The notes under the pieces were generated by a model. It had not been told where the DNA came from. It was given only the letters and a program-made list of their open reading frames with translations, and ran no database searches. Shown in pieces: positions 11,613 through 26,824 of a DNA stretch of 64,000 nucleotides. This DNA is from Octopus vulgaris (taxonomy: Eukaryota), in assembly GCA_951406725.2 (NCBI GenBank), contig OX597819.1:86924001-86988000 (forward strand), written 5' to 3'. Numbering within the stretch: position 1 is the stretch's first letter; each line of letters starts with the position of its first letter. Position numbers and translations under genes: made by a program.

Positions 11613-13199
11613 CTGCAATAAAATAGAAAGGGGAGAGCTAGTTAATAGTTATGTAACAAATTTCATTAAGCGTTAACTAATAAAAATCTGAAATTTTGTT
11701 CGAGTTTGTTTAAACAGGATGGTTGTTTATTGATATTATTTTAAACCATATTGCTCCGACAGTTTATACAGCTACGAAGCAAAGTTAGCCGCCTGCTAGC
11801 TTAATTAAAACTTTCACACTTTAATAATCTAATGATGTATTTTCTCGTCTGTTAAACAAGCGTTGTAGTGCAAAAGTTAAATTACCAACAGGCGAAACTT
11901 GCAGTATAGGTTCTGTCCTAGGTTAAGCCAATTGGTGCCACATACAGTGTTAATGCCATGGAGAAACGTGTAATAGTCACCGTACACTGTGGGACTTTGT
12001 ACATATTTAAATAAACCAATATTCGCCTTTTGTGTATATTCAATGAATCATCATCATCGTTATCGTTGTTGTCGTAGTTGTTGTTGTTGTCGTCGTCGTC
12101 GTCATTATCATCCTATGGAATCCGTGATCTGCGATAGCAACATCGATTTTATCTTTCGTTATTTAATGAACATATCCTCAGGTTGATAATCTTTGTATTT
12201 CGAAGTCACATAATATCCAGTTCATATCAACAGTTACATCAACATTTCTTTTTTGAAATCAACAGTTGCTGATTAAAAGTAACTTCAAATTTATTTTATT
12301 CAAGACATACATAAATGGTTGTTGTCGTTGTTGTTTTTGTTGTTGTTGTTTTGTTAAGGGTATGTATTTCCAGGCTAATCCCGATTTAACACAAAATGCA
12401 TTTCAGCCATGGCTATCCTCTCTTCTGATGGGTATCTAGGCCTACATTATTTAATCTGTCCTCTTTTGTGGAGTTTGAGTTGAGGGAGAATTGATTGCTA
12501 TTTCAATCAGTTCGATTGATGCTAGAGGCTACTCTATTTGACTGCTTCCTGCTGGAAGCCATTTTCACTATTTATACCAATATCATTTAGAAAAAGATAC
12601 ATTTCTGCTGAAGATAAAAGAAAAGAAAAACAAAACAAGTCTTGTTACAAGTCACAGGAAAAGTATTTAATAAATAATAATGATCTAAGATGATCGTTAT
12701 AATTGATAATTTAATTCAATGAATTAGTCGTAAAATTAAAATGGAAAAAAGAATGACTTTACGTGGGCAACAACAGAATTTTCAAAAATGTATGATGCAA
12801 TATTTAACAAAAAAGAATAAACAAGTACGCTTTCACATTTTACTCGAAAATATTTAGTAATGAAATAATTAGACAATGAATTATTTGATAATTAGATAAT
12901 GCTATTAATAGAATTATTTTTTCCCTTTTTGAGTTGTCATATCCTTCGTAAAAATCTGTTTAAAATGTCATAGAAATAAATATGCTATCGATTATTTCAC
13001 ATTGTCTTGTAATTTAATCAGTAATACGACATGTCACATTTCCAGTGTTTTCTGCCCGACATTTTTGGATGCATTGAACTTTTTATCTGGAACATCCCCC
13101 TTTTTTTATCTGGAACATTCATAGTCCATCAGATAATCTAAGGTGTGTACCATAGTCTCTTTCTTAACTTCTTTTACATCACTTAGTCCAGAATAGAAA

Positions 13200-13890
13200 T
13201 TACTCATGCCACTGGTATCAGCTACGATTTTCTGCGTTATCTAAAGGAGGTGCTTCTTGCATCTAGATCACTCTCATATAGAAAGGCACCAGAATTGGTG
13301 AGAATCTTAGAAGAAGAATAGAAAAATAAACGAGACAAATTAATTTGGTGTCTCTACCAGCTGATTCTAGAATTATGTAAGGCTGGTGAAGATTCGCAGG
13401 ACTAGAAGGATGCTAGCATTGACCCCATGTTCAATAAGGTCATGAGGAATAAATGCAAGAACTATCGATAGATTTCTCTACTTATTGCAATCGAGAAGAT
13501 TTTCGCAAGAAGATTACTGTATAGATTTAGTGAGAAAACTACTAGTGTTCCTCATCTCAAGTATGTGTGAAAGAAATTACTTTGGATATGATATTCCATC
13601 ACTGTCAACGCCAGGAGAAATGTGTGGAACAGGAAAAGCATTGAATTTCGTCTTCGATACAGGAAAAAAGTCGAGCCAGTGGTAGGTACTCACAAGGTTT
13701 GGATGTCCTGAAAAGTTTTCACGCAAAATTTTCTCGAGTCCCTACACGCTGGCATGAGAGTTCAGATTGCGCAGCTGAATTCTGACCCTGTACAGTTTGA
13801 TGTTATAGTGGGAGTCAAGCCAAGCTGTATCCTAGATTCAATATTATTTCCACTCAGACTGTCAGTAATACTTGAAGTTATATACTGAAA
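13200..13890 (+). mobile_element. Highly decayed RTE-type LINE reverse-transcriptase fragment
   Basis: Broken motifs KDASI, KCKNYR*ISLL, EKIFAR and GVKPSCIL (consensus GVKQGC.L). Confidence 0.6.
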
Positions 13891-13943
13891 CTCAACTGCA
13901 AATTTATATATACAGATAAAACTTGATGCTAACTTGTTTAAGG

Positions 13944-14089
13944 TACGAGAGTGTGCTGAAAAGTTCCCGGTTTAAGAATATCGCGAAAGGCCTGATTGGA
14001 GGCACATCATTCCGAGTTTTTTCACAGGTCTTAGAAAAACTAAAGGACCGCTGCAATAAGTTTGTGAATCTGAGAGGGGAATATGTTGA
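13944..14089 (+). mobile_element. Mariner-derived MITE (partial), abutting a SINE A copy at about 14090-14285
   Basis: tacgagagtgtgctgaaaagttcccgg TIR and interior VLEKLKDRCNKFVNLRGEYVE, matching 1053-1262. Confidence 0.75.
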
Positions 14090-14901
14090 GTCGGCAGAGT
14101 TGCTATCGCGCTTAGCGACATTTCGTCCGGCTTTACATTCTGTGTTCAAGCTCCGTCGCGGTCAAGTTTACCTTCTATTATTTCGAGGTCGATAAATTAA
14201 GTACCATTTGAACACAAGGGTCAATATGTTCGACTTAAACCCCTTACCCGAATTTGTTGGCCTTGTGCCAAAATTTGAAACCAATATCAATGGACAGTCT
14301 ATAGTGATGTAAGGGCAGAATCGAAACATCAAACAAAATATATTTTCAGTACTTCATTACGTACGCTCATTTTCTGAATGCAAATCGCACAGAACCCGAT
14401 TTTGCTTTTCATTTTTCCGCTGTCCAAAATGTAAGTAATAGCTGAGAGTTGGGGTACACTATATCTGACTATACCTATCAACCATACTAATGACTTTTGT
14501 GTCTATATTAGAAATAAATTTTTTGTAACTGGCAGAAAGTCGATAGAAAAAAATGACAAAAAAGCATTTAGTAACGTCTCGTTACGCTCTGGGCTGCATT
14601 CCCGCTAATGTCAACTTAGTTTATCATCGTTCTAAGGATGATTGAATTAGTGCGTACCCTTCTGCCTATACTAAAAATTAACATTTCAGTTACAAGATCT
14701 ACTCTAGTTTGAAATCTTATTGTAAATTTTTACCAGCGAGGGATTTTAGTCCATGGTAATATTGATTCCTAATTCTATGATTATATTAGAGTTACAGCAA
14801 GGAGTAACTATTATAGAAGATCAGATGAAATATATTGCCCGAAGTCACACGCCTATACAATATGATATGAGATTATATGATATCATATACATACATACAT
14901 A

Positions 14902-14945
<44 letters not shown>

Positions 14946-14984
14946 TACACACACATTCATATATATATATAATACTATATGTAT

Positions 14985-15026
<42 letters not shown>

Positions 15027-15483
15027 ATGTATATATGTATGTATATAAAGGATGTTTGGAAATATCTATTTATAGGTTGTGTGTGCATGTATAGACTGTG
15101 ATTCTTTGTTGGCTCCCAACTGCGTAATTTTGACGCCAAATAATAATTACGTAGAAATGATTCCACGATGCATAACTTGGATGTTGATGCGAAGATTGAT
15201 ATGAAAACATACTGTAATTAAATCGAGGTTCACCTGAGCATCTGACACACCTTCCAGCTCTTTTACATAACGTGTAGAACAACATATAGCACAACAATCT
15301 CATTTAATCCAAGCTGGGGTTGTGGGGTTGGCATGCACTTCTAGTTTGGGGAAGTATCTGTCAGAATTCACCGTATTCTACGATAATTTATATAATTCCT
15401 TTTGTGACTTTCATTTATCTTTCCTCTCATATCTCCTGCAAACTGTTTATCGCCCACTTATCTTCCTTCCTATTTTTCGCGCG

Positions 15484-15521
<38 letters not shown>

Positions 15522-15582
15522 TATATATATATATACACATATATGCATGTATGTATATATGTATATTTGTATGTATGTAAGT

Positions 15583-15890
15583 ATTGTGTTGAGTCAACAA
15601 TTTTGCAATATTTTCGTAACTTCTTTGCGTTATTCAAGGTACAGCCAAAAACAGCCTAGCATTGAAAGCAGAGGTCATCTTGTTGCGCCGTCTAAGATCA
15701 CCTTTCTAGTAGTTCTTTGACCCAACGCTGGTAGCATTTATTGTGCTTCGAGACGAAGAACACCTTCACTGAAGCTTTCTTCCACTCTTGGTTGATAAAG
15801 CGTTGCGAGCGATGGAAGTGAGCCATGAATCGTAAGAAGTAATAATTCGAGGGAGCTAGATCCGAACTATATGCTGAGTGTGGCATCAGT
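15583..15890 (-). mobile_element. Mariner transposase 3' remnant
   Basis: PHSAYSSDLAPSNYYFLR corresponds to mariner YSPDLAPSDY; followed by FFVSK...Y.R...LLER. Confidence 0.7.
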
Positions 15891-15907
15891 TCAACTTATC
15901 TCCCTCC

Positions 15908-15946
<39 letters not shown>

Positions 15947-15959
15947 CATTGCAACGATG

Positions 15960-16056
<97 letters not shown>

Positions 16057-18949
16057 CAAAAATGGGACAAGAACGCAAAACATCCAGACAGACGATACAA
16101 AGAAAACAAGGCCGGGTCATTTGGAGTTTTCTATCCTCAGTCGAGTTCCAGATTATCTTTGCAATTTCGGTTGATTATACTCGAGATTGCTCCAATCATA
16201 TATATATATATATATATATATAATAATTTAATAAGTTTGATTCGGCACCATGCCGCGAACCTCGTCTCTTCTGGCCTGACGAATGAGGTACTAAACCTAA
16301 TGTTGCAAGAAGCCAAACCATTATTATATATGACACTCCTAACAAATGTGTTGAATGCCACTTCATTTCGTATGTGTGTGTATTTATATATTTCTGTCTA
16401 TCAGATTCTACTTACAAGATATTGATGAGCCAGATGTTATATCAGACCCAAGATATTTACCCAAGTCGGACTAAGATACACGTAGTTGTGAAACGAATGT
16501 TTTAACCACACCACTATGACTGCACCTATAAATACTTTTAATGGTGGTGAACTTTTAACATCTGATAGAGTCGTTGGAGCAGTGTCGTGACTTACGGCGA
16601 GTCCAGTAGAGCCTGGTCAACCTCATTTCTCTCCAGATTCTAATTCTTTCAGAGAGAAAGAGAGTGAAGGAAAATGAGGAAAAAAAGGAAAGAAATTTGG
16701 ACAGATAGATAGAAAGGGTGAGAAGTCGGTTAGTTCTTTAAAATACTGACCCCAAAAGATGAAAGTAAAGTTGACTTCAGTGGTGTTTGAACTCCGACCA
16801 CACAAATATGGAAAGAATACTGGAAGGTCTTTCTCACAAGAGACATAATGCTCCATCTGATAGATAAATACAAAATCTATATAAATCTTAAACGAGGAAG
16901 TAAAACTGGCATAATTGACACTTTCATTATTCATAGATGTATTCTTGTCACCAGTTATTATGAGAAGCAGGATAATTGACTATTTTTCCTCAAGCTATAC
17001 ATATCAACTTGACAAAACTCAAACCGACGAAGACCTTCAAATGCGCTTACAGTGCTAACGGCCATATTTCAGCCTATATATTTGTGTGAGCTTCAAAACG
17101 ATTCAAATAAATCACCACGGTTAGATCGATTATATCCGGTTCTATAAAATGGCTCTGTAACCTATGATATGTTTCAGTTGTTAAGTGTGCGGTAGTTTCA
17201 GCGTCGACAGTGTTATCGGTTTAATCCTGTATAAAATGAAAGAAGTAATCAAATTCTGAGTGTAATCCAAGTCCATTCAGATATAGTATAGAAAATGAAT
17301 TATTAAATTTGTGATAGAGATCTAACTCTGTTTGATGAATATCTTATATTAATTAATGCGTGATGGAAGAGAGGTGGCCATAGTTCTTGTAATTTCTTCC
17401 ACAGTGGCGAACAGGACGTGTTTGATATTAATTGCGTGTTTCTATAAGTCAGTTATTGTTGGGAGGCAAAGAATATGAATTAAAGATTGGTGGGAATTGT
17501 AAACCACCAGAACGAGAATGCTTTACATGTCATAACCGATGTACTTGATATTTTAGTTTTAATCGTCATAGAATTTTGCAAAACGTATAATACACATGGC
17601 ATCAAAATTAAGATAACCAAAAGACAAATGTACATACTCTAATACAATTAGATATACGTACACACATACATATACGTAAATACCCACTTCCATACAGAGA
17701 GAGGGAGGGAGGGAGAGAAAGAGGGGGGGAGAGAAATAACGCTTGGCTCAAAGAAATAGTGAACTGATTGGATAAACAAAAAAAAATATAAATTAAACAT
17801 TTGTGATCATTATTGATCTACATAATATGAAGTCTATTTAAAAAGAAAATAATCTTATCAAAAAGAAAACAACAGCAACAAAAGGAAAAAACGAATAACG
17901 GAAATCGGAGTTCCAATCTCTAATAAAAAATAAAATACTCTATTTTACTTATATTAGAAGGAAAAATACTGATAGAATATATTGGAATGGGGGAACCAAA
18001 TAATTTCAATGCACTAGACTTTCTTTATTCTAGTATACAAGCAGAAGTTTTTGCTGTAGTTGTTTATATGATTGAGACTGTGGTATAAATTTAATCTTCT
18101 GTGCACTACATTCTCGCAAAGCAATTTTTCCATGTAATCACACTTTACGAAAAGGGATGGACAGAGGCTAGAACTGATTTGAGAAGAAAGATGCATGAAT
18201 AGGATGCATTGTCTTTCCTATGTTGACACTGCCGTCTGAACTTTTCTTTACAAGGAGACAAGAATTCTAGTATTGAGTAGATTAGTTGTCGTTGAATTAA
18301 TGAAGTGAATAGCTAACACGCAGACGGTTTTGCGTCTAGTTTCTTATATATCTTTGCAAGTATGAATACACATGTACATATAACGTTTATTAATTTCAAA
18401 TCCATATTAGCAAGAAGATTTCATTGGCTAGATTATAATAACTCGTAACACAATCCGGAGACAGAATTTAGAAATATATGTTGAGGGAATGTGACTGTCA
18501 TGACGCTGGCAGAGTGCAACTCATGCTACGGCTGCTGCTGCTGCTGATGATGATGATGAGGAGGAGGAGGAGGAGGAGGAGGAGGAGGATATGACAAGAA
18601 AACATGCATACTTCAAATGTGTTTATCTCTTCACAATTTCCAGCACACCATTTACAATTACTTAACCCTAAGTTTCTGTAAACGGCACAGATTAATAGTT
18701 ATTTTTTCTTTGAATCGGCACATCAAGATTACAACACACACACACCTATGTGGAGGGTGGTGCGTGCATTACTCGAAGTGCGGTTGAGTGAATCGTTAGA
18801 CCTTCGGACAAATTCATAGGTCTTTGCTTCGGCTCAAACTTGACTTTCCCTTTTATTTTACTGGGATCAATAAGTTAGAGCAACCCTCAAGTCTTCGGAA
18901 TAGGTCTTTGTCTCACTTCTGTCTCCCTATTATTCTTTCTGTCTGTCTG

Positions 18950-19030
<81 letters not shown>

Positions 19031-19247
19031 CATTCCTAGCTCTCTGTTCTGAGAAGGAGGAACCACGCAGTTTCCAAATCAACAATTTCCATTCCATAGC
19101 AATGCAAGAATGTAGTTGCCGAGGCTCTAGCAGATTATGACAATAGTATATCACGAGCACGTAATCATAAAATGTGACATGATTTTTAAATTACAAATAA
19201 AATTCTTAAATTAGTACAAATAGTATATTCTCACATCAGTTATTATT

Positions 19248-19380
19248 GGTGAAGACGCATGGCTCTGTGGTTAGAGCGTCGGGCTCACAAACATGTGGTA
19301 GTGAGTTCAAATAACCGGACCGGCCTGTGTGTTGTGTTGTGTTCTTAAGCAAGACATTTTATTTTACTTTGCTCAGTTCA
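19248..19380 (+). mobile_element. tRNA-derived SINE family C head
   Basis: A-box tggctctgtggttagagcg and B-box gagttcaaat, then gttgtgttcttaagcaagaca; homologous to the minus-strand copy at 41820-42145. Confidence 0.65.
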
Positions 19381-19520
19381 TTTTGCGTAACTAATTCTTT
19401 ACCAAATTGGAAATAATAGAATATTTGTGAATGTGTGTGCATATGGATACACACATATTCATACATAAATACACACACACACATCTGTTCTTACATGTAT
19501 ATGCATGTATGCACTATGTA

Positions 19521-19556
<36 letters not shown>

Positions 19557-22500
19557 TTGACCGAAGGGGGTGGGGGTTCATGAGTCTAGGGGCCAGTTCT
19601 ATTTATGTATGCTTGCTGTCAATAAATAAATATTTGGGGGCCTGTGAATTCATTTACCAGGGGCTCTATAACGCTGCTAAGACTGTCCTATACATACATA
19701 TATATATATTAAAAACACTACACGGTGCTTTAGTATAAACAGAGATGAAGGCAAAGTTATAAAATGTGTCTAGTAATAAAACATATGGCTTAATCGCACT
19801 ATGTACTTTGTGCGGCGTGACGAACAAGATGCACATTAAAAACACATACTCGTAAGTTTACTTATACATGCACACACCTATACAAACACTCACACACACC
19901 TACACAAACACACGCACACATACATACACACAGACACTTACACGCACATACACATGCACATATGCATATAAGGAGAGTGTTGTTGTTTGCTTGAAGCACT
20001 GTCATACAGAAGTGAAATAACAAAAAAAATAATTAAGACGCAAAGCTTCTTACAGTATGAAAAGGGAAAGTTTAGTAACCTTTATATATTTTAGGCAAAA
20101 AAGCCCGTCTTTAGTATTGAATCGGAGAAAAGAAATGTTCGCTAAGTAGAGCTAACCGTGCAGTCACGCACAAAGTGACAGTTTCAAAATCCTGTTTCTA
20201 GACTGGGTGAAAATGATCAAACTTTAAACCTCTATAACTTTCTAAAAGCATTTTTTGTGGAGAAAGTGAAATAACTCCAGCAATTCAGCTTGGAAAAGTA
20301 TATTAATGTGCCAAATTTTAAAATTTTCGATAAACTTTAATTTTCTAAATGCTGGCAGCCAAACCAACTAGATCCAATTAATCTGTACCGTTAACTGACG
20401 GCAATTTCATTCACATTCTCTTCATAAAAACAGGCGATATTTAGAACAACAACCAGACAAGATACAGTTTATGGCGTAGCTCCACGTACCATACACTTTT
20501 GAAAATCAAATGTGAAACCGGTTATGTGTTTGTGTGTTGAATGGTGAGTAAATCTTCATATTTTCTCAGTGCATTTTCAACATCATTTATTTCTTCTGCA
20601 CTACTCTATGTTGGGATTTGTAACAATTTATACACAATGCGCACACTCGCACACACAGACAGACACACACATAATATATATATATATATATGAATCCCAA
20701 AAACACGAAGAACAAACATAGAAAAAACAACAACGTGAGGACGTGGTACATGTAAAGTATTAGCAGACGCTCAGGGAAGGAAAGAAAGATGATTTAACGT
20801 TTTGAGCAGAGCTTTTCTTCAGAAACAGAGAAAAGTCCAATAGAAAGGAAGATGGAGGAAGAAAATTGCCAATATACCAATGAAAAGAAGACAAAGAAAA
20901 TTCTTCAACCCATCTCTAATTATAAGTTACTAACGTTTTCATACCATCTCCATTCACACGTGAATTATATTCGTTGGAAAGCTTGGCAAATTTATGACCG
21001 TCCCGAAAATATCCGTTTATATGTGCGGGTTAAAAATATTCTGATTTTGCAAGTTATTGAAAATTCTTAAATGAATTAAAATTTTAATTACACCAATAAT
21101 ACTGATTGCTTCTGAATCAATAGTAAACCATAGCTATTTGGAACTGTGCATCGAATTCAGTAATATTTTATTTTTAATTGTGCCCCAAATTGTATATTTT
21201 GTTATGAAGTCTTGAATGAATTGGGGCGTAAGAAATTCATGTATAGTGGTGTAACTGAAATAAAACTGCTTTAGCGCGGATTGAAACTACATAGTGATGA
21301 CAGCCGGGACACTTGTTTACTTCATCCTCTGTTTTCTTGTAATACTTTTCTTCGAGAGTTTATACGAGATATGATGGTGAAGTCAATTACGTGACAAGTT
21401 TTTAATTTAAAATTGATTCAAGTTTGCTGATGTGACTTACTTAGTAAGGCTAGGAAATCTATTTGTATTTACCTTTCAAGTGAAAATACTAGGTAATTTC
21501 ATTTTTATCCTCGTCAAAAGTAATTGATATTATATCATGACATCCCATCATCCTAGAAAGATAAAATTCTCAATAGACCTTTACAAGATTTGTAATCAGA
21601 ACGTGATGGACATAACAAAATATTTTGGTCATCACTCTACCGATCCTGCCATTCACCATCCGTTACATGCAACGGAACAGTGAAAGAGCAATTTTATTTC
21701 GATAAACTTGAGGGAATTTAAATTGACTGAGTACCTTATCAGTACCACTGCACTTTGTCTACGGCCAATAACATTAATGCATTTAACTACGAACGGGAGG
21801 CAACATATGAAGATTGGACCTGAGAATTTTGTATCCTTCGTGTAAGTTTCATTAAGCTGCATTGGCTGAAGTAAAGACTTTCTGGGATTTAAAAGAAAGC
21901 TGTCGGGTCACTTCTCTAAAATTTTCTTGTGTAGAAAATCGCGTATTTACTTTACTAGATACCATGTTCGTCTGTATTTTAAGCTTGATTCTCTTCCTTC
22001 CCTTTTCACTAAATCTATCTTTAAATACGTCTGTCGTGAGAAATTGGCAGCGAGAATGAAAGAGATTACTTTGCAATGGATAATCACGGAAACTTTGATA
22101 GCTGAAACCTGGAAGCTTATATTATATGACAGCATATAATTGGTGCCATTTAACGAACGATATCCAATATATAGATAACAATTCGTATAAGAGTTTACTA
22201 TGTATAGCTTTTATATTCTCTCTACGATTTCCAGAACTCTTTCGACAAAATCAATATGCATCAGTTTAGATAAACGTATAATAGCAATGATCGCGTTCAA
22301 TTGAAATTGCTATTGATGTCAGAATATCTGGTGTGATGGTACATACACCAAAAAAGCAAGCTTCCATCTTCTCTAGTTTGCAATCTGGTTTCTCTTCCTG
22401 GTTTAATCCTAACCATTTTCTTTGCATACAAGTAACACACTATTTCATTATCTTTTCTTTTACATTTAAGAAATTTTGCCTTAGTAAGAAATCTTTTTCT

Positions 22501-22699
22501 TTTTTTTTCTTGCAGTATTATGTCTTTGTACAGCATTTAGTTCACTCCTTACATTGTTATTTCGTACAGAGCTAATGTCGATTTTGCCAGGTCTATCAAA
22601 TATGTACCAGTGTTACATTCAGTCGATTACACTCTTTCCGTTCAGGGTAGTAGAGTTGTACAGTATGAAGTAAGCTTTACGGAAACTAAGTCTGCAACC

Positions 22700-23400
22700 T
22701 AGATTCGATTCCATGTGGACGCCAGTTAATTCATCTTACATCGCTAACGTTGATGTAAAAACGCGAACATGACATATGCCCATATCCCTCAGCCTATAAA
22801 TCTATCGGAAACATGAACTATTGCTGACGATATCCACAATATGACATACCAATTAAATGTTGATATTTCTTTCACTGGGTTGTAGATATTAACGATTGCT
22901 GTTAGGTAAGAAGGCGAACAACGTTTTCGATTCTTAGTCGAAGTCATGGTTATAATCGAATTTATTAATTGCATCACTGATTTGTAACACGTTCTAGGAT
23001 TTATAGCTTTGTGATTTATTGCTCATAAGGAGGTTTTTGATTTTAGTATTTTCGTAGCATATTATTAGTGGAAGATAATAATTTGGTGTGATGCCGTTTA
23101 TGTTTCCTGTTATGAGATTTTGATGTGTTCGTCTGTTCTATGGTAATATGTATTTGAATCATAGTATTCTTTGCTTTGTATTTTTTACTTATATTCTTCT
23201 GTAGTTTCGTCTGCTAGTCTGTTTGGATATACGTTGATAATAAGCATTTCTTTTTTTATTTTCTGTAGATTTCTATATTTTGTGCTTCCTTTGTAGAACA
23301 GAATTTAAATGCGCTTTTAAGTAAGATTTTCAACCTGAATTTTATAGTAGTCTAAAAATTCGCTTCACCATGTAAATACAGAGAATTTACCAAAGTGAAG
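22700..23400 (-). mobile_element. Degenerate Penelope-like element (RT C-terminal helical region)
   Basis: Minus strand KILLKSAFKFCSTKEA...MLIINVYPNRL resembles the PLE RA..ICS...L..NGYP motif; many stops. Confidence 0.45.
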
Positions 23401-23815
23401 CATGTCGTGAATGATATGCAGAACCATAACTAATTTTGAGAGAATGTCTCACTTCTCGATGCCCACTCGTCAGTTCGCCGTAACCTTCTCTCGAGCGTGT
23501 TGAATCTTCACGTTAGTGGTAGAAGTTGATAGACGCATTGCTCCCACTTTGTATTTCACGATTGTCCGACCATTTTTAAACTTCGCGACCCACTCATACA
23601 CGCTTCTACGTAGTAGAGAGCTGTCCCCGTATTCTACTGATAGCTTGTGGTAGAGTTCAGTCCCTGGCACACATTCAGACCAGCGAAATTGAATCGCGGC
23701 TCTCTGTTTTTCATTGATGCACACTGACAAATCAAACCTCGGTAACTTGACTATAAGACTCCCAGCTTTTAGTATGTGAGCGCTGAAGGCAGTGCGACCA
23801 ACCTAAAGAAAGTGG
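23400..23815 (-). mobile_element. Mariner 5' fragment (HTH region)
   Basis: KQRAAIQFRWSECVPGTELYHKLSVEYGDSSLLRRSVYEWVAKFKNGR. Upstream gctgaaggcagtgcgaccaacctaaagaaagt is shared with the 34580 region. Confidence 0.8.
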
Positions 23816-23844
23816 ATCATTTTTTTACTTACTCTGGCATATAT

Positions 23845-24010
23845 ACGACGGGCTTCTACACATAGTTTCCTTCTACTAAAGTCACAGATAAAGACTTGGT
23901 TGGTTCAGGGCTATAGGAGAAGACATTTGCCCAAAGTGCCACACAGTACGACTGAACCCGAAATCATGTGGTTGCAAAGTGAGCTTCTTAACACAGCAAT
24001 ACTTGCGCCT
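23845..24010 (-). mobile_element. SINE family B head
   Basis: gacgggcttct...agaagacatttgcccaaagtgcc...actgaacccgaaatcatgtggttg, matching other B copies. Confidence 0.75.
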
Positions 24011-24671
24011 ATATATCGTAAATTGTGACATGTTACCGTCAAATTGAACACTTGAGTAAGAAGATATAAATCTAGGAGCCAAATTAAAAATTCTAGCGAC
24101 AGAGTCTACAATAAATCACATTCTCCAACTATAAAATAAGCGATTTAACATGCCTACTGCACCTCACATCCTGAAGATGCGCCTGCAAGCATCTAGAAAT
24201 ATTGATGATGGATTTTGGAAATATATTGTGACCAACGAAATGCGAGGGACTCGTATGAATATATAAAATAAATCTTAGTAATGTCGAGGATTTACTTGTG
24301 TTCACCGCAGTATTTGTGTGTGAGTGCGCGCGCATATATGCATGTGTGAGAGAAAGAGTGGGGATGAGTGAAAGGAAATGCCTGTGTGTTTATGCATATG
24401 TGTATACATACACACATATAAATTTATATACAAGCATATATATAAATATATATGTGTGTGTGTGTGTGTGTTGTTAAATACTCGAAGTACGGGACTAGAA
24501 AAATAGCCAACAACTGATGAAGGGTCGTTCTTTGTGTTGTTTGTTTTGTTTTCCATTTGTGTCTTTCGTTGTTCGAAAGAATAGTTCCTGTACTTGTGCT
24601 TCGTATTTTTTTCTACACGTTTCGTGCACACATATGCACATATATATACGTATAAATGTATATACATATAC

Positions 24672-24958
24672 GGGATCTTTTCCTTTTGAACGGCACTTTG
24701 TAACATAATTTCTAGGTAACTAAAAAGTTGTAAACTTCGTATACTGGTAGAATGTGTTTATAAAACATCATTTTCTCTTGGCTTTATTGAGAAAATTCTA
24801 TAGGTTGTATGATATTTCGTCTTTAATTTCGAGCATTTCGGCAATTTTAACCAATCGCTAACGTCCATTTAGGTAAATAACATTCTGTGCATAATGAATA
24901 TGTCCCTCCTTTAAGAACCAGATTGGGTTTATTTACATTTGTGAAGAAAAAAAATACT

Positions 24959-25023
<65 letters not shown>

Positions 25024-25090
25024 TGGGGCAGGCAACAGATTGCTTGGACGCATACTGAAAAATTAGAAATAGCAGTCAAGACTGTTTATT
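24672..25090. mobile_element. DNA-transposon-like repeat related to the 53480-54450 foldback arms
   Basis: gggatcttttc...aaacttcgtatactggtagaatgtg is shared with 53481-53566. Confidence 0.55.
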
Positions 25091-26824
25091 TCTATTTTCT
25101 ATCTATATATACATATATATATATATAGATAATATTATAGCATATACATGTATATGACATATATAAAATTATACATGCACATGTAAATTCATATATGCGT
25201 GCGAGGTACATATTTATCTTTTACTATTTATCTTTTGCTCGATAGTTTTTTTAGTTGCTTTTAACCGCAGTTTTTTTAAATATTATTTCTAGTTTTTTTT
25301 ATATTTTTTTAGTTTTTAGTTTTTGCTTTAGAATTTGATGTGTTTTGAACGGAATGGCATTATAATTAACTCTGCACTTCATTGGCCTCTTGTGACTCGC
25401 TTTCAACTAACTTAGGACGGACAGACGTTTTGGAAATCAATGCACTGTTGTTTTGTTTCGTTTTGTTTTGTTGTCGAGCGTATTATGTCATTAATTTGCT
25501 TTGAACAGGTGTCAGCAATGAGTCGTTTTTAACATGAAATTCAACCGAAATATCTTCTTTGCAAATAAAATGAGATTTCTAAAACATTCACCTTCGTATT
25601 TTGCAAATAAAAATGAATGTATTAAAGAGAAGGAATATTTAGGAGATTCCAAAAGCATTTTTAATGGAAATTAGCTTGTTTTAAAACAAATCAAAATCAT
25701 GGTTAAGTACAGAAATAAAAAGCAACAGCTCTGGTACATACACGCACAAAACATTAATTCGAGACATTAGCTACAGATCGTGGTTTATAAAGCACATTCC
25801 TAAACAGAACTGGCCTCATGTAATTAAAACAAACAGCCCACCGCCGGCTGTTAATGCAAAAAATTGCATATTGAGTTCATGTGTGTTTCTTTGAACATGT
25901 ACTTAATGGATTGCTGTTAAATAAACATCAAAACACTTCCAGGTATATAAGTTTGTTTAAGAAATAATAACAATACGCATATATTTATTTCCAGACGTAT
26001 ACACAGATGTAACTGTTTTTTGACACAGCTGGATATGATATTAATGCCAACAGACATCATAGCATATCTGGAATGATAGGAAAGCCTTTGAGTTAATGTG
26101 ACATATCTGCCTTCGAGGGCAATGTCATTCTTGAATCATTCGTAGTCGAATAACACACTCAGATTGTAGAGGATGAATATAACGAGTTACCAACAGTAGT
26201 TAATCAGCCATAATGCACAATTAGAAACAGAAGCTTATAATGGCTAAAATGGTGGAGAGAATTACGGATTCCAGTATGAAGTTGAGTACGAGAAAGACTT
26301 CTTACTACCTTCATCAAGATATTGAACCTAGCACAAACGACTAATTATACACTGCGCGTATTTCTTACAAGGGTATTCGGGAAAAATTAATGGTTGTACT
26401 TTTAGCAAAGTGAAATAAGCTAAAAGGTTTGGCAAAATCTACATTTCTTTGGTGGTGACATTTAAATTTTTTTGAAACACAATTATATGATAATCCTGGA
26501 AATGCCGTTAAGATACGCCACAATGACTGGAGACAGATTTGATTCAAATTTATGCTCTACGTCTATTGCCTCTCAAGTTATGCAGCTCTAATGAAACATA
26601 AATGTCTTCTGGAACGATATTTTGATAAAGATAAATACCACGATTTCGCATTCATTTGTGATTTAGGTTCTGTGATAGCTCAACATTGCTTATGATTTCT
26701 CTTCATATGTTCACGGTTTTTGTTCAGTTAAATACCAGCTTCTGACAATGCACAAAAGAATGAAAACCTTATTCAACCACTGCGTAATTTGACCTCAGAA
26801 TGTAGTTAGACGAGACTAAATAAT

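Noticed and set aside
20540-20552. Plus-strand ATG|gtgagt first exon
   Set aside because: An isolated donor-like motif with no downstream plus-strand exons found.
26000-26650. Possible decayed coding sequence
   Set aside because: Composition looks coding-like, but I found no recognisable motif in the frames I read.
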